Notes under the pieces: model-generated
Told to the model about the DNA's origin: nothing
The model's input: the letters and a program-made list of their open reading frames with translations, nothing else
The model's database searches: none
Source: Octopus bimaculoides
Taxonomy: Eukaryota
Direction of reading: 5' to 3'
NCBI RefSeq assembly: GCF_001194135.2
Contig: NC_068981.1
Span: 131,743,357 to 131,807,356, forward strand
DNA: 64,000 nucleotides
In this document: positions 50,916 to 64,000 of the stretch, piece by piece
Layout of the letters: the number at the start of each line of letters is the position of its first letter
How positions within the stretch are numbered: the stretch's first letter is position 1
Position numbers and translations under genes: made by a program

Positions 50916-53489
50916 TTTTAGAGTGTATGGTTATGAGATGTTCATGCTTTTCCTATGAATTATAACAGAGTTAATATTGTTTAGAGAGGGATGGACTGCC
51001 TTGTTCTAAATACTCTACTATGACAACATCTTCAGATTGAATTCTGTGATTGTTTAATTTCACTTGGAAAAAATCTGTCTTGTCAGGTTTCAAAAGTTAG
51101 GAACTATATGACTTTAAATCAATTAAGTTCCAAATTTTCAGTTATCTTTGCTGCTCTTAGGAGAAAGGACTGTTGGGCTGTCTTGCTTAAAATATGTTAT
51201 AGGAAAAGGGTAGGGTATAAATATTTGATTTTTATATTTTAGGCTCTTTGTAATCGAACGTGAATTGAAAGTAGTGTTGTCTTGTGTGCGCTTTAACAAA
51301 CTGAAAAGTCCGACCACAGTACTAATATAAAGTCGGTGAAACGGTCTACAACTGTGATTCGCACTTGTAACCATGGGGAATACGCCCCTGAGAATTCAGG
51401 GAATTAAGTGTCTTAGCAATGAACACTGCTTATTTTATCACCTGTCATACGGAACTATCGTTTGATTAGTGGAAATGTATTAATTAGGAAAGTTTGGTTA
51501 AAAAAAAATCTTTGCTTTCGTTTTTGTTACCACTGATGAAGCTATGGCAAAGCTTATAATTCCATCCGGTTTGTATGGAGTGAAAAACGTGTTCGGATAG
51601 GAAGAAGTTCAGTTAATGTTTATTAGTGGCCGTATTTAACTTCGTATAACTACATTTTGGGCCTCGGCCGACTCTGACTCCTCATAGGTAATTTGAATGC
51701 ATATTTTTTAATGAAATTTCGCAGAGATACGCCTTCAAGGACATAGATTGCAATTTGTTAACAAGGATTTTAAAAAAATACTGAGAGCAAAGTATCAGAT
51801 CACTCAACCACCATTAACACACTGAGTTGCAGAAATATCATTATAGCAAATGTGCAAATATTCTGCTCAATATCACAGATTTGCTTGTCAGTTGCTTAAC
51901 CTTAACCACGTAGTGGCTGACAAAATGTGCAACTGTGACCATGAGCAGCAGTAGTGGGAGAGCATAATAGCCATGTGTTGAGAGGTATTCTATGGGGTTT
52001 GAATAAATGTAACAAAAGCAAAATTTGAAGGAAATATCAGTCATTTTTCATACTATCTAGGAGTAAGTAAATAAGAAATAACAGTTGCTACCCAAGGACA
52101 AAAGTTATGTTACAGTGTTATTCATGCAGCCATTGAAATGTGTCTTCGGTGACCAACTCAACTCAAGTGACAGCAAATTCATTGTGACAAGTGTATAGAG
52201 TCCAATTCAGTGATTTCATAAAAAAATAAAATTTCTTGAAATTCTAGACATATTACTTGCATCATCTGAAAGACCTCAAAGATTGTTGCGAGAATATTGC
52301 ACATGTGATCAACAAAATCTCACTAATCACAATGATGTTTTAGTGATATCTATGTATATCATTTAAAAATGCCTTTTAATATTATTTATTTATATTTGAT
52401 AATGTAAAGCCAATTTTCATATAGTATAACTGAAGTCTGCTTATTCAATCATGGAATGACATCAAGTCACAAAAGCTGATATAACTGCAAAGGTAAATGT
52501 AAACTTGCTTGGATCAAGCATAAAACACATCAACTGTCTTCCTAATCCTTTGCAGGTATAAGCTGTTTGATTATTTGTCAGGATTCAGGTGTAAAAGCTG
52601 TAGAAGCTAGACAACATAGCCTGCTGAAATCTAAGTAAATTATTATATAATTTTAACGAAGTATTTACCTAGTTGTTCTTATATCATTTTGCAATCTTTC
52701 AAACTGATCAAATATAATCAGTTGTGTAAGGGCATTGTAACTGTTGAATTTTGAAGTTTAAGCATGAATGCTTATTGCATGACTCAGAATGTGCTTATAA
52801 ATGTATGTGTATTCGTGTGTGTGCGTATATCTATAAGCGGACGTTAAACGACGATGATGATGATGATGATATATATATATATATATATATATTATATTAT
52901 CATCATTTAATTTCCATCTTCTATGCTGGCTTGGATTGGACAGTTTGACAGGAGATGGTAAACCTAGGGACTGGGCCAAGCTCCACTGGATTCTTTTTAC
53001 TGTTGGATGTCCTTCCCAATGTCCATTACTTTACAGAGTGGACATGTTTGAAAGGGCATCCATATACATACATATATAGTGAGGGCACATGGATGCCCTN
53101 NNNNNNNNNNNNNNNNNNNNNNNNNNNNNNNNNNNNNNNNNNNNNNNNNNNNNNNNNNNNNNNNNNNNNNNNNNNNNNNNNNNNNNNNNNNNNNNNNNNN
53201 NNNNNNNNNNNNNNNNNNNNNNNNNNNNNNNNNNNNNNNNNNNNNNNNNNNNNNNNNNNNNNNNNNNNNNNNNNNNNNNNNNNNNNNNNNNNNNNNNNNN
53301 NNNNNNNNNNNNNNNNNNNNNNNNNNNNNNNNNNNNNNNNNNNNNNNNNNNNNNNNNNNNNNNNNNNNNNNNNNNNNNNNNNNNNNNNNNNNNNNNNNNN
53401 NNNNNNNNNNNNNNNNNNNNNNNNNNNNNNNNNNNNNNNNNNNNNNNNNNNNNNNNNNNNNNNNNNNNNNNNNNNNNNNNNNNNNNNNN

Positions 53490-53765
53490 TAAAGCTCCAC
53501 GAGGCTCCGGCAGGGGATGGTGGTGAACCCTGCTGTACTCTTTCACCACAACTTTCTCTCACTCTTTCTTCCTGCTTCTGTTGTACCTGTAATTCAAAGG
53601 GTCAGCCTTGTCACACTCTGTGTCACGCTGAATATCCCCTAGAACTACGTTTAGGGTACACGTGTCTGTGGAGTGCTCAGCCACTTACACGTTAATTTCA
53701 CGAGCAGGCTGTTCTGTTGATCGGATCAACTGGAACCCTCGACGTCCTAACCGACGGAGTGCCAG
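53490..53765 (+). mobile_element. SINE family C (5' part in gap)
   Basis: Near-identical reverse complement of the 50354 copy. A degenerate copy also lies at about 2130-2435. Confidence 0.8.
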
Positions 53766-54278
53766 CAACAACATGTATGCATGTATGTATGTATGCATGA
53801 TATACGTACATACAGTGGTTAGGGTGTTGCACTCATGATCTAGTGATTGTGATTTCAATTCGTACACTGGGTGTTACACTGTATTCTTGAACAAAACACT
53901 TCCTCTTGTTGCTCTGCAGTCACTTCAGCAGCTGATGCGTGGTATACAGTGCACCAGTTCAAACAACGTCAATTTGATGGAGTGAGTGAGCTAATGTGAA
54001 GCACGAACATTTGATCACTATAAACAAATCATTTGTGCAGATCATTTGGCAAAAGCTGAACACTCATACATCATCTTCAGTGAGAGAGTCCATCATATAT
54101 AAGACAAAGTTTAAATAATGGTCATTACATATTTCTCCTTTATAAGAGTAAATTTGTTTTACTGTTGTTTCCAGTAATCATTATAAGTTAGGGAAACCTT
54201 CTGTTGAGGAAGATGAGGCCTTGCTTGAAATGGTTAAATCCAAAACCCAAGCACAAGCACTCGTACATTGTTGGCAGA

Positions 54279-54670
54279 CAGGGCCAGATTAAGACCCAGA
54301 GAGGCCCTAAGCACTCATAAGATTTTGGTGCCCCCATATATATGTAATTCAAAATGTAAACAATAATACCATAAAATAAATTTATATTTTTCAAAATGAA
54401 ATAGAACTAACAGTAATATATGACCAAGTTTATTTATATTTCAAAAGTTTTCTCTGACATTTTTTAATAGCAAAGTCTTTGATTAGATCCTCACTATGGC
54501 ACCATGAACACTTTGAAATTATATTTTCAATCATATAAACCACTTAGAATATTTTAGCAAGTTTAAAGTGATTTCTTTTGTGCCACAAATCATTTACCAT
54601 TTCTGTAGTGCCCCTTTCCCTTAATGCCCTAAGCATGTGCTTATTTTGCTTTATGGTTAATCCAGCACTG
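54279..54670. mobile_element. hAT-superfamily MITE with perfect 8-bp TSD
   Basis: TIR cagggccagattaa / ttaatccagcactg. TSD TTGGCAGA at 54271-54278 and 54671-54678. Confidence 0.85.
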
Positions 54671-55732
54671 TTGGCAGAACTTGGTTCTTCACAAAGCACC
54701 ATCAATCCGAAACATCCATAAGCCTAGCCTTGTGAACAGGTACTTGTTGCAAAATTTTTTGTTTTTCAAATCAAGTGACTTTTAGGAAAATTTGAAATTA
54801 AAGACTAGAAATATGCTCAAGAGTATTTATTTGCAGTCACATAAAAATCCATTACATTACCTGAAATGTCTGAATTCCTTCGCATTTAAACTAGCCATTT
54901 CTGGCCAAAAGACTCTACCTGTTTTATGTTGAAACTGGCTAAATCTGGTCAGATTAGAAATCCTTGTTAGAATAGATAAGTTTTCAAGATTTTTTCTTTG
55001 TAATACAGATCCAATCTATATATTAAACGTAAGTTGAAAAATATACTTACCTTTATGCAGTCCTTCCCTGATTTCCTATCATGCTATTTGTTATGACTTA
55101 TGGATACAGTAAATATATTTGTACAGCTTGTATACAATAATATCAAGACTTTTTCGACAATTTCTAATAAATAAGCCAGTACTGTATTGTAATGTTTGCT
55201 ATGTAGATCATTTCATGTCCATTGATGTTCAAGTGACTAAATTGTATTTAGAGGACTCTGGGTCAATGCTGCTAAATTCAGCCTGTATGCAAGTCTGGGT
55301 ACAGTTAGTTGACCATGGTAATGTTTTCATCATAGCTGCTGTGTTTACATTGTGCATATAGAGTACATGTATTGCATACATACAAGATTATGCATACACT
55401 GGATTGTTATCTCAAGCTTGAACTGCTGCATATGTCATCACTTCTTGAAAGGATTTACTGTAAATGTCAAATTATTTGTGGCCATAAAATTTCATGATTT
55501 GTTGCATGCTTTGTCTTTTCTTTACTGATCTTTGCACTGCACCCACCTTACCATTTTGTGGGAATAGCAAACTATTATTTTTTATTTACTTTAATTAAGA
55601 AACTAATAAAAAGTATAGTGGTTTGATCAAACTTATAAATCACTTAATGACATTTTATTTTTCTTCTTCCTCCTTTTTCACATATATCATTATCTCATGA
55701 ATTTTTTTTCTGCCCTCTTTACATTGTGAAGA

Positions 55733-57646
55733 ATGTCAGGACCACCAGCTAAGAAATGATGTCATTCATCTGAAGAGGTTATTAGAGAATTTCAAAAATA
55801 TTGGACTAAAAAGTTTGGTATGATTAAGAAAGACAATAAAGCATTATATATTTTCTGTTCCAAAACAGTTGTTTGTAGAACTTCTTCTGTAAAAAGGCTT
55901 TTTGAAAGTGTTCATAAAAACTTAAGCAATAAAACTGAAGAGGAAAAAAAAGAATTAATTTCTCGTGAACTCAGCTAATCAAAAAAACAGGCTGATACTT
56001 TTATAAGCTTTATCTCAGGCAAGCCCAGTTCCAACTTAGTTGTTGTTAATTTTGAGGTTTCAAAAGTTATTGGCCAACATGGAAAGCCACTCAGTGATGG
56101 AGAGTATATTAAAGAAGTTTGGCTAGAGGGTGTACCTTTCCTTTTTGACAATTTTTCAGAAAAGGAAAAGATCATTCAGTGTATTAAAGAATTGTCTGTA
56201 AGTAGGAAAACAGTTAAGGATAGAATACTTAAGTTGGAGAATACTTCTGAACAACTGACAAAAAATTTATCTTCATGTAAGTTTTTTTTTCTATTTGTAT
56301 TGATAAAAGTATGGACATTACATCATCAGGTAGGTTAGCCATTTTTTCTCGATTTTGTAAGGGTGATAAAGTATGTGAAGAGATGGTTGCCCTTCTAACA
56401 CTGCCTGAACATACTACCGGGGCTGAAATATGTAAAGCAGCTGTGAACGAATTCTCTTCTCAACAAATTGACATTTCAAAAGTGGTATCCGTCACAACAG
56501 ATGGTGCCCCCAGCATGACTGATGAAAAAGCAGGATTTGTAAATTTGTTTGCCAAAGAAGTTGGTCATACACTGATAGGTTTTCATTGCATCATACATGA
56601 GGAGGTTTTATGTGCAAAAGCTGGCCTGAAGGAACTTCAGGAAGTGATGCAGACTGTTACCAAGGTTGTTAATTACATTTCTGCTTAGGCTTTAAATAAG
56701 AGAGAATTTCAAGCTTTACTGAATGAGGTAGAATCTGTGTATAAAGGACTAAAAATGTACAACAATGTTTGATGGCTTAGCTGAGGTTTGGTTCTGAAAT
56801 GATTTGTTGAATGCTTAAATGAGATAAAGCTTTTTTTGAATGACCAGCATATTTCTCATCAAGAACTGTCTGACATCATGTAGGTTTGTAAACTGGTATT
56901 TTTTTTCAAATTTTTGTGAACATTTGAATGACTTGAATGTTAAATTACAGGGCTCCCGTATGACACTTGATGTTACGTTTGGTTACATAAAAGCTTTTGA
57001 AATAAAACTAGAAGTTTTTAAGAAGGATGTGGACAATGAGAGATTTAGATACTTCCCAAACCTAAAGAGGTACATCAATGATCTCTCAAAAGATGACAGA
57101 ACAGAGTGCCAATGTCTTCAAAAACTGTTTCTAAACATTATCAATTCAACTGTTGAACAGTTTTTTTGCAAGGTTTGCAAAATTCAGGGAACTGAAAGAG
57201 ACAGCAAAATTCATGAAGTTTCCAGATGTTATCAATCTGGAAGAACTAAACTAACAAATGGATAGACATGGTTGATTTTGAAATGTGGTTGAATGGATTT
57301 CAAAGTAGCTCAATTTGGAAGCAGAAATTTATCGATCTTAGAGTTGACTTAGGAAATATTGAAAAAAAAAGTGATTAGAGACAGGAGTACCAGAGAGGTA
57401 TGTGGAAAATGAATTATTAAGGACTTGGAATGCCAATCCAGAAAATTTTTCCAGTTTAAAAAACTTTGCAACAGCACTAATATCCATGTTTTCATCAACA
57501 TATGCATGTAAATCCTTGTCAAGTCTTGTAATAAGAGTAACCTGACAGATGAAACTAGTAGTGCATGCATATCTCTGAAGGTTATGAAATATAAACCTGA
57601 TACAAAATCTCTGACATCAGTGATGCAGCAGCAGAAGTCCCACTGA
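55733..57646 (+). pseudogene. Disrupted Buster/SPIN (GTF2IRD2-like) hAT transposase
   Basis: MSGPPAKK*..REFQKYWTKKFG..VVCRTSSVKR (BED-like), VTTDGAPSM, FHCIIHEEVLCA, and C-terminal MQQQKSH*. Multiple stops and frameshifts. TIR-like ggttgtccacctg ends at 58040, left TIR not found. Confidence 0.85.
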
Positions 57647-58477
57647 CAATACTGTATATTGAAAGGAGCCAGCAAGTTTTCTGTCAAACTGATATTTCAT
57701 CTGACTGATGTTTTCATTTGAAAATGGTAAAGGTTGTCTGCAAGTTTTCTGCCGGACTGATATTTTATCTGATGCTTTCTTCTGAAAGTAGCAAGGGTTT
57801 ATTGTTGTTTAGATGTAACTTTGAAGGTGAACAAAATACAGTTTCCATCATTATATACTGTGTTTTACTACTCTATGGTGATTTTTTATCATTTGTTAAA
57901 AAAGTTCTTAACATTCCCTTTCTTATGAGATATCAAGTTGCCTAATATGTTCTCAAAAAAATTTGGTTGGCACATGGAAGAATTTTGTGTCAGAGATTTT
58001 GCCAGTTATGGCACACACTCTCAAAATGGTTGTCCACCTGTCCTAGGTACTATGTACTTAAAAATTAAAAAAATATTAAATGCCTTACTGCAAGTTTGAT
58101 GAGAGACTAGATAGATGTGAAGATTAGAATGTGCCAAAAAGTATTAAATATGAAATTATAGAAATTTGAGAAGCTTGTTGTGATCTTTGAGAAATGTCTT
58201 TTTCTGATTCTGCAATGCAACATAGCAGAGACTCTTGAATCATAAATAAAAGATTACAGTTATCTAGTGATGATGTGTGTTTGGTATGATGTCTTTGGCA
58301 GAGTAAATGTTAGCAGGACTATGCAGAACACCTCTGTGGAATGCATACAACAATTTCATTAATAAATATTGCCTTTAATCAATTTATTATTGTGGAAATT
58401 GATATGAAAGAGAGTAGTTTCAAGAAAATAATTAGCTATAAAATTATGTAGAACCCTTTATTAAAAGAATACGAATA

Positions 58478-61340
58478 CAAACTCCTCTTGAGTATCAGGT
58501 TCAACTCAGTATGATGCGTGAAGTGACCAGCATTCAGGCAGCAAGAAAGGCCATGGAGGCCTGTGGAGTCAAGGAGCCTGCAACAACGACAGATCAAACT
58601 CGTGCATACGTCAGCTCCCACCCTGAGGGCAATGAAGACATGAAGTTCGTCCAAGCTGAGTAGGCCACCAACATTAGTCACAGGGATGGCATCAATCCAG
58701 TCACTTGAGTATTTGGTGCAAGTAGACAGTAAGCGGCACCTTGAAAACTGGTCCGACTGGATGAAGAGGGAGTCGAAGGTGGTCTTCGAAATTATGTTGT
58801 CCCAAGTTCTCTGACTCCGACAGTCCTCCACCTTCTCAGGGACAGTCAAGCCCAGTTCCCTCCAGTTCTGGAGAGCTTCATCCAACTCCCTGTTGGAACT
58901 GGTCCATGTTGAAGAGGAGAGGATGTTGCTCACCAGGGTGGAGCAGATGTGGGTGGAGGAAAGGAAGCAGGGGAGAGAGAGGGATGAATACTTACAAAGG
59001 CCAAGACCTCCAAATTGCTTGGGCAATGCAGCCTGATCGCAGGACTTAGAGAGAGTCTGACATTGACTAAGCATTTGAGTCTTTCAAAGATTAGGTGGTC
59101 GAAGTGTTGGAGGCATGATGGGAATCGGTAAGATGAGCTGACTCTGAGTAAATATAGAAGCTTAGGGATCGAGAGGTATTTCCTAAGTATGAAAAAACCT
59201 TGATAGGGTTCGATAGCTTCAATACTTTTCAGCAATTGCTCAAGGGTAGCCACCTTCAACTGGAAGATGGACTCAAAGGCAAGGTCAGTGATTGGGGCAC
59301 CTAGAGGAGTTGTTTACTTGGAGACCCTGGCGACCAAGTTCCCCAACCATCATGTTAGGAATGGTGAGAACCCTGTCTGGACATTGAGGTTTAGCTCGAT
59401 GCCTGTCTTGGTGATGTCATTAATGCCCAGTGCCAGCAGTGCGAACCTGAGCGGGTTGCCCTGTTGAACTCCTGAGGCAGAGGTGATGATTTGGTCATCG
59501 AATGAGGGATAGGAGGGCTCCTTTAAGCTTGCCATGCAAGGCAGTAGAGTTGTGGGACCTTCTCTCTGACAGAACTGAGGACAGCATCACAGCTGATGGA
59601 TTTGAAGGCATCCTTAAGGTCAGGTTTGAGGATGACCTTGGGTGACAAGGAGGGCAAGTTGGCATAGGCTCTAGTAACGTGGACGGCAGCTTCACATCCC
59701 AATTTGGTTCCCACTCCTAGTTGGGTAGGGGAAAATCCCTCTTCCAATAAGCTAAAGACTGATTGTAAACATATCTTTGCAGTGAGACAGTGAAGGGTGC
59801 AGCTGAGTGCAATGGGGTGCAAGTCTCCATTGGGTTTTGTGAGCCCAAATAATTTTGCACCAAAGAATAGTGGGCAGATATAAGGGAGGACATTTGCTGA
59901 AGAGAACTGGTTCACAAACTGAGTCAAATTCTCCAAGAGCTCAAGTCCGGCGTCACCAGCCAATAAGGAGATACCATCCTTGAGGTGTTGAGGCCAAAGG
60001 ACATCAATTCCCACACCTGAACCAGCAGGGAAGGATGAAATCACCTTTCTGATGTTATCAGAGGTGAAGACTGGTCTCAAGTATTCTGGGGGAATTGTGC
60101 TAGTTTAGTTGATTATCAGAAGGTGCTGGTGGGTGCTTCTCTTTCAGACGTCTGAGAGACTCAGAGTCACATGGAGTGAGGGAGGATAGAGAAGAGAGGA
60201 GACAGAAAGCCCTTTTACGTCAAATTTGTTGAATTTAGCATTGACTGTATGCTTAAGGGTTATTAGCTGCCTGTCGGTAGGCACCGTGCTCAATGTCAAA
60301 TTGAGGTGAGAAGTGGTCAGGGTGGACTCAAATAGCTGGAACTGTCACTTGAGTGAGGATGTAAGGGAGCCTGATTTCACATCGTGCACGTGGAGAGAGA
60401 AGCGGGGGAACAGAAACAATTTATGCCAGTCAGATGCATTGTTGGATAAACATACATTTTTCAACAAGCTAGAGAGCGTGTGAGCAAGGCTATTCCGAGC
60501 TCCCTTAGGGATCCAGTTAATGAGCTTCAATTCAGATAAACCCTGGAGGGCTGCAGCAAAGTCCTCAGTAGAGAGCTAGTTGTCAGAGTGTGAGGTACCT
60601 CCACAGAGTGCATCGGAGCTGAAGTGGCACTGACTGTATGTCTAGTATGGAAGACTTTTGGCTTGAGCCTTGAGGATGTGGACACAACTCATGTAGTAAT
60701 TTTGGTGGCATAGGTGGCAATTAACTGTCTTCGAGTAACAGCTAGTGCGAGCACAGGGAGCACAATCAGGTAGCAAGCTAGCATCGACTGACAGTAGAGG
60801 GCTAGCATTGGAAATCAGTTGAGGGCGTGCAGCATTGGTTCCAAAGGCGGGACTAGAACAGAGGTTGGGTTGTGTGAGGGAGAGTTAAAAGTTGGCAGGG
60901 TTAATTGTTTCCATCAGTGGGGCTTGAACGAAGGTCACGTGGTGGTGTGTGGGGGAAGGGTTGAAAGTTGTAGGAGTGGTGGGGTTGGTAGGCTTAATTC
61001 CATTCAGAACCTGTGGTGGAGAGAAGTTAGCTTCTCTTGAGCGTACCGAAGTTGGTGGAGAATGAGAGATCAGAGGTTGATCTATTGTCACATAGTCGCT
61101 CCACCAGGCAGGTCTCTTGGTCGTTCGATGCATGCCTCTACCACAAAGAATGGATAGGTTAAAGTGGTGGCAACCCCACCAATCAGCAGTCGTTGGTGAT
61201 TGGGAGATAAAGAGCAACAAATATACAAGAATGAGGGGGGGAGGAGAAAAAAGAAGAATAAAGAAAAAAAGGAGAGAGGAAAAAACAAGAAAAGTGACAA
61301 AACTTTACAGAGCGCAATCGAAAAAGTTTAGAGTCACACA
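58478..61340 (-). mobile_element. Decayed CRE-clade (RLE-type) non-LTR retrotransposon
   Basis: IPKGARN.., PQHLKD..LTQFVN..FFGAKLFGLTKPNGDLHPIAL..QLGVG..GCEAAVH..DLKDAF, SGVQQGNPL, ALPKQFGGLG, and CRCCR..GLHGLSC..HHTELNLILKRSL (zinc knuckle before the RLE). Stops and two frameshifts, 3' truncated, 5' boundary approximate. Clade call is from motif memory. Confidence 0.75.
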
Positions 61341-64000
61341 CATGCGACTATTTGTGGCTTTGTCTCTATGAGCAGTATTGAAGTCTGTAGTAAGGCTTAT
61401 ATTCTATTAGATATTAATTTAATTTAATTTATTTAAAATAAAGTCATTTTATTAAAATTTGTATCTTCATTTTTTTTTCCCATTACTTAAAAAATTCTTT
61501 AAATATATTCATTTGTAACTTTGTCTCTGTACAGTACCGAAAATACAGTACATACATTATGTCCAGAAAAGGCAAAGTTGCAATGGTTATCATTCATTTT
61601 TAATTTAATTTGTAAATGAGAATTAGTCAAATGAAAAAAATCAAAATTTTGTTTCAATTTTCTTGGAAATTTTTGAATTCAAAATGACTGCAAAAAATGG
61701 TAATTTTATATATTTTTAATTAAAATTTTACAGCAATACCTGTAAAAACACTGTAAAAAGCCAATAAAAAATGCAGACGCANNNNNNNNNNNNNNNNNNN
61801 NNNNNNNNNNNNNNNNNNNNNNNNNNNNNNNNNNNNNNNNNNNNNNNNNNNNNNNNNNNNNNNNNNNNNNNNNNNNNNNNNNNNNNNNNNNNNNNNNNNN
61901 NNNNNNNNNNNNNNNNNNNNNNNNNNNNNNNNNNNNNNNNNNNNNNNNNNNNNNNNNNNNNNNNNNNNNNNNNNNNNNNNNNNNNNNNNNNNNNNNNNNN
62001 NNNNNNNNNNNNNNNNNNNNNNNNNNNNNNNNNNNNNNNNNNNNNNNNNNNNNNNNNNNNNNNNNNNNNNNNNNNNNNNNNNNNNNNNNNNNNNNNNNNN
62101 NNNNNNNNNNNNNNNNNNNNNNNNNNNNNNNNNNNNNNNNNNNNNNNNNNNNNNNNNNNNNNNNNNNNNNNNNNNNNNNNNNNNNNNNNNNNNNNNNNNN
62201 NNNNNNNNNNNNNNNNNNNNNNNNNNNNNNNNNNNNNNNNNNNNNNNNNNNNNNNNNNNNNNNNNNNNNNNNNNNNNNNNNNNNNNNNNNNNNNNNNNNN
62301 NNNNNNNNNNNNNNNNNNNNNNNNNNNNNNNNNNNNNNNNNNNNNNNNNNNNNNNNNNNNNNNNNNNNNNNNNNNNNNNNNNNNNNNNNNNNNNNNNNNN
62401 NNNNNNNNNNNNNNNNNNNNNNNNNNNNNNNNNNNNNNNNNNNNNNNNNNNNNNNNNNNNNNNNNNNNNNNNNNNNNNNNNNNNNNNNNNNNNNNNNNNN
62501 NNNNNNNNNNNNNNNNNNNNNNNNNNNNNNNNNNNNNNNNNNNNNNNNNNNNNNNNNNNNNNNNNNNNNNNNNNNNNNNNNNNNNNNNNNNNNNNNNNNN
62601 NNNNNNNNNNNNNNNNNNNNNNNNNNNNNNNNNNNNNNNNNNNNNNNNNNNNNNNNNNNAGTACCTAAGAGGTACTTTTTAATTTTAGCTGCAATATTTT
62701 AAGCTCTAATTTTAATGAGTTTTTTCTTGTCCTCTACTTTTTCAGGTTTAATTGTTAAGAATATTGTTAGTATGCATCCGCATTTTTCATTGGCTAGTAT
62801 ATATATATATATATTCAATTTTTTTTCTCCGTGTTTTTCTCCTTGTCTCCGTATTCCCGAGCGTCATACTAATACATCCTTTTGTTATTTACACCACCTG
62901 TCCTCGTCTGTTGTTGTTTTTTTCGTATATTCTCCCATATATATATATATATCTGTCTCTCCTTTTCCAGCTGGGGTAACTGTGTATCTCCTCTACTGCA
63001 AGCCACCTATTTAAACTCTCTAATGCTCTTACCTCTCATTACCTGGTCCAAAGCCACTTCCCTCAATACTACTTGCTCCTCAGTTTAGGGGTCTTTTCTT
63101 GCAAGTTACATGGTGACTTTGCCATGCAAAAAGCACTCAGTACACTCTGTAAAGCGGTTGACATTAGAAAGGGCATCCAGCTGTAGAAATCATGCCATAG
63201 CAGACAGTAGAGCCTCCAGTTGCAAGAATAATCTCATAGAGAGAAAGTTGAGGAGTGAGAAATATTTTATTAAACGTGGGTTTAAACACATATAGCTTTC
63301 AGCTATAATAAAAAAAATAAATGTAGCAAGCTGAACTCTCAGTGTTTATAAGCTCATTAAAACTTTAAAAATATTCCATAAGATCTTTAGGTGTGAAACC
63401 TGTACAAGATGATTGGTTGGAAAAAATGTCAGCAGGTGTTATAATATAATAGGAGTTCAAGAATATAACCAAAATTAACTTTGGTCAACACTACCAAATA
63501 TAGTAATATTAATTGTTTGCAGCAACCATCTCTAATCGATGTTGCCAAATATAGTAAAATTATTCATCAGCAGTTTTGACATCCAAACTTAAACATTCCA
63601 TGTTCAAATTTGAAGAAAGTTATTTACAGTAAACAATAAAATGGAGCAGGGAGCAGGGATAAAGAAATCAGTAAGTAAATAATTAAAATAGGATGATGCA
63701 CATTCCTTCAATCATATATCATGCAGGGAGAAACTAGTGGTCTCCTTTAAAACATTTTGGGATACCCCAAAATATGACATTACTGTGAACGACTGCAAGA
63801 ATGATGCAACCAAGTACCATCCCAAGAATCATCTGAACTTTCAGTGAAGTGAAATAGTAAAGAAGTCAAACATGTCTTTGCCAGCAGTCTAGCACTCCAC
63901 AACATTTCAAAGGTCACAAGTTGAAAAATATACTTTATCAACAGATTAGGATATTTCAGTGATTTATTTTGTTCAATATGGATGCAATACCAAGGACGTT

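Noticed and set aside
55041-55051. ATACTTACCT, matching the U1 snRNA 5' end or a perfect minus-strand donor
   Set aside because: No further U1 similarity, and no open frame or good acceptor upstream on the - strand. A non-coding exon cannot be excluded

Overview
AT-rich, intron- and repeat-rich animal DNA with assembly gaps. The repeat families suggest an octopus, which is inference. I could reconstruct two convergent genes by hand, with all splice phases consistent. CNOT10 lies on the + strand (16 coding exons, 354..32055, about 704 aa). Dysbindin/DTNBP1 lies on the - strand (7 coding exons, 50249..34921, about 359 aa). The rest is a transposon landscape: RTE LINE fragments with (GAT)n tails, three tRNA-headed SINE families, mariner derivatives, piggyBac-, hAT- and Mutator-like MITEs, a dead Buster/SPIN-like hAT transposase, and a decayed CRE-clade retrotransposon. 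I saw no rRNA, tRNA or CRISPR, and I cannot claim a demonstrably new biological system. The best leads are: (1) an interleaved 3' architecture, with a candidate CNOT10 3'UTR intron hosting an antisense candidate alternative dysbindin last exon; (2) tandem CLEAR and M-box motifs just upstream of the dysbindin ATG, next to a SINE insertion with a 14-bp TSD; (3) a decayed PHD finger in frame with the CRE element ORF; (4) a mariner derivative built from two 5' ends in inverted orientation.
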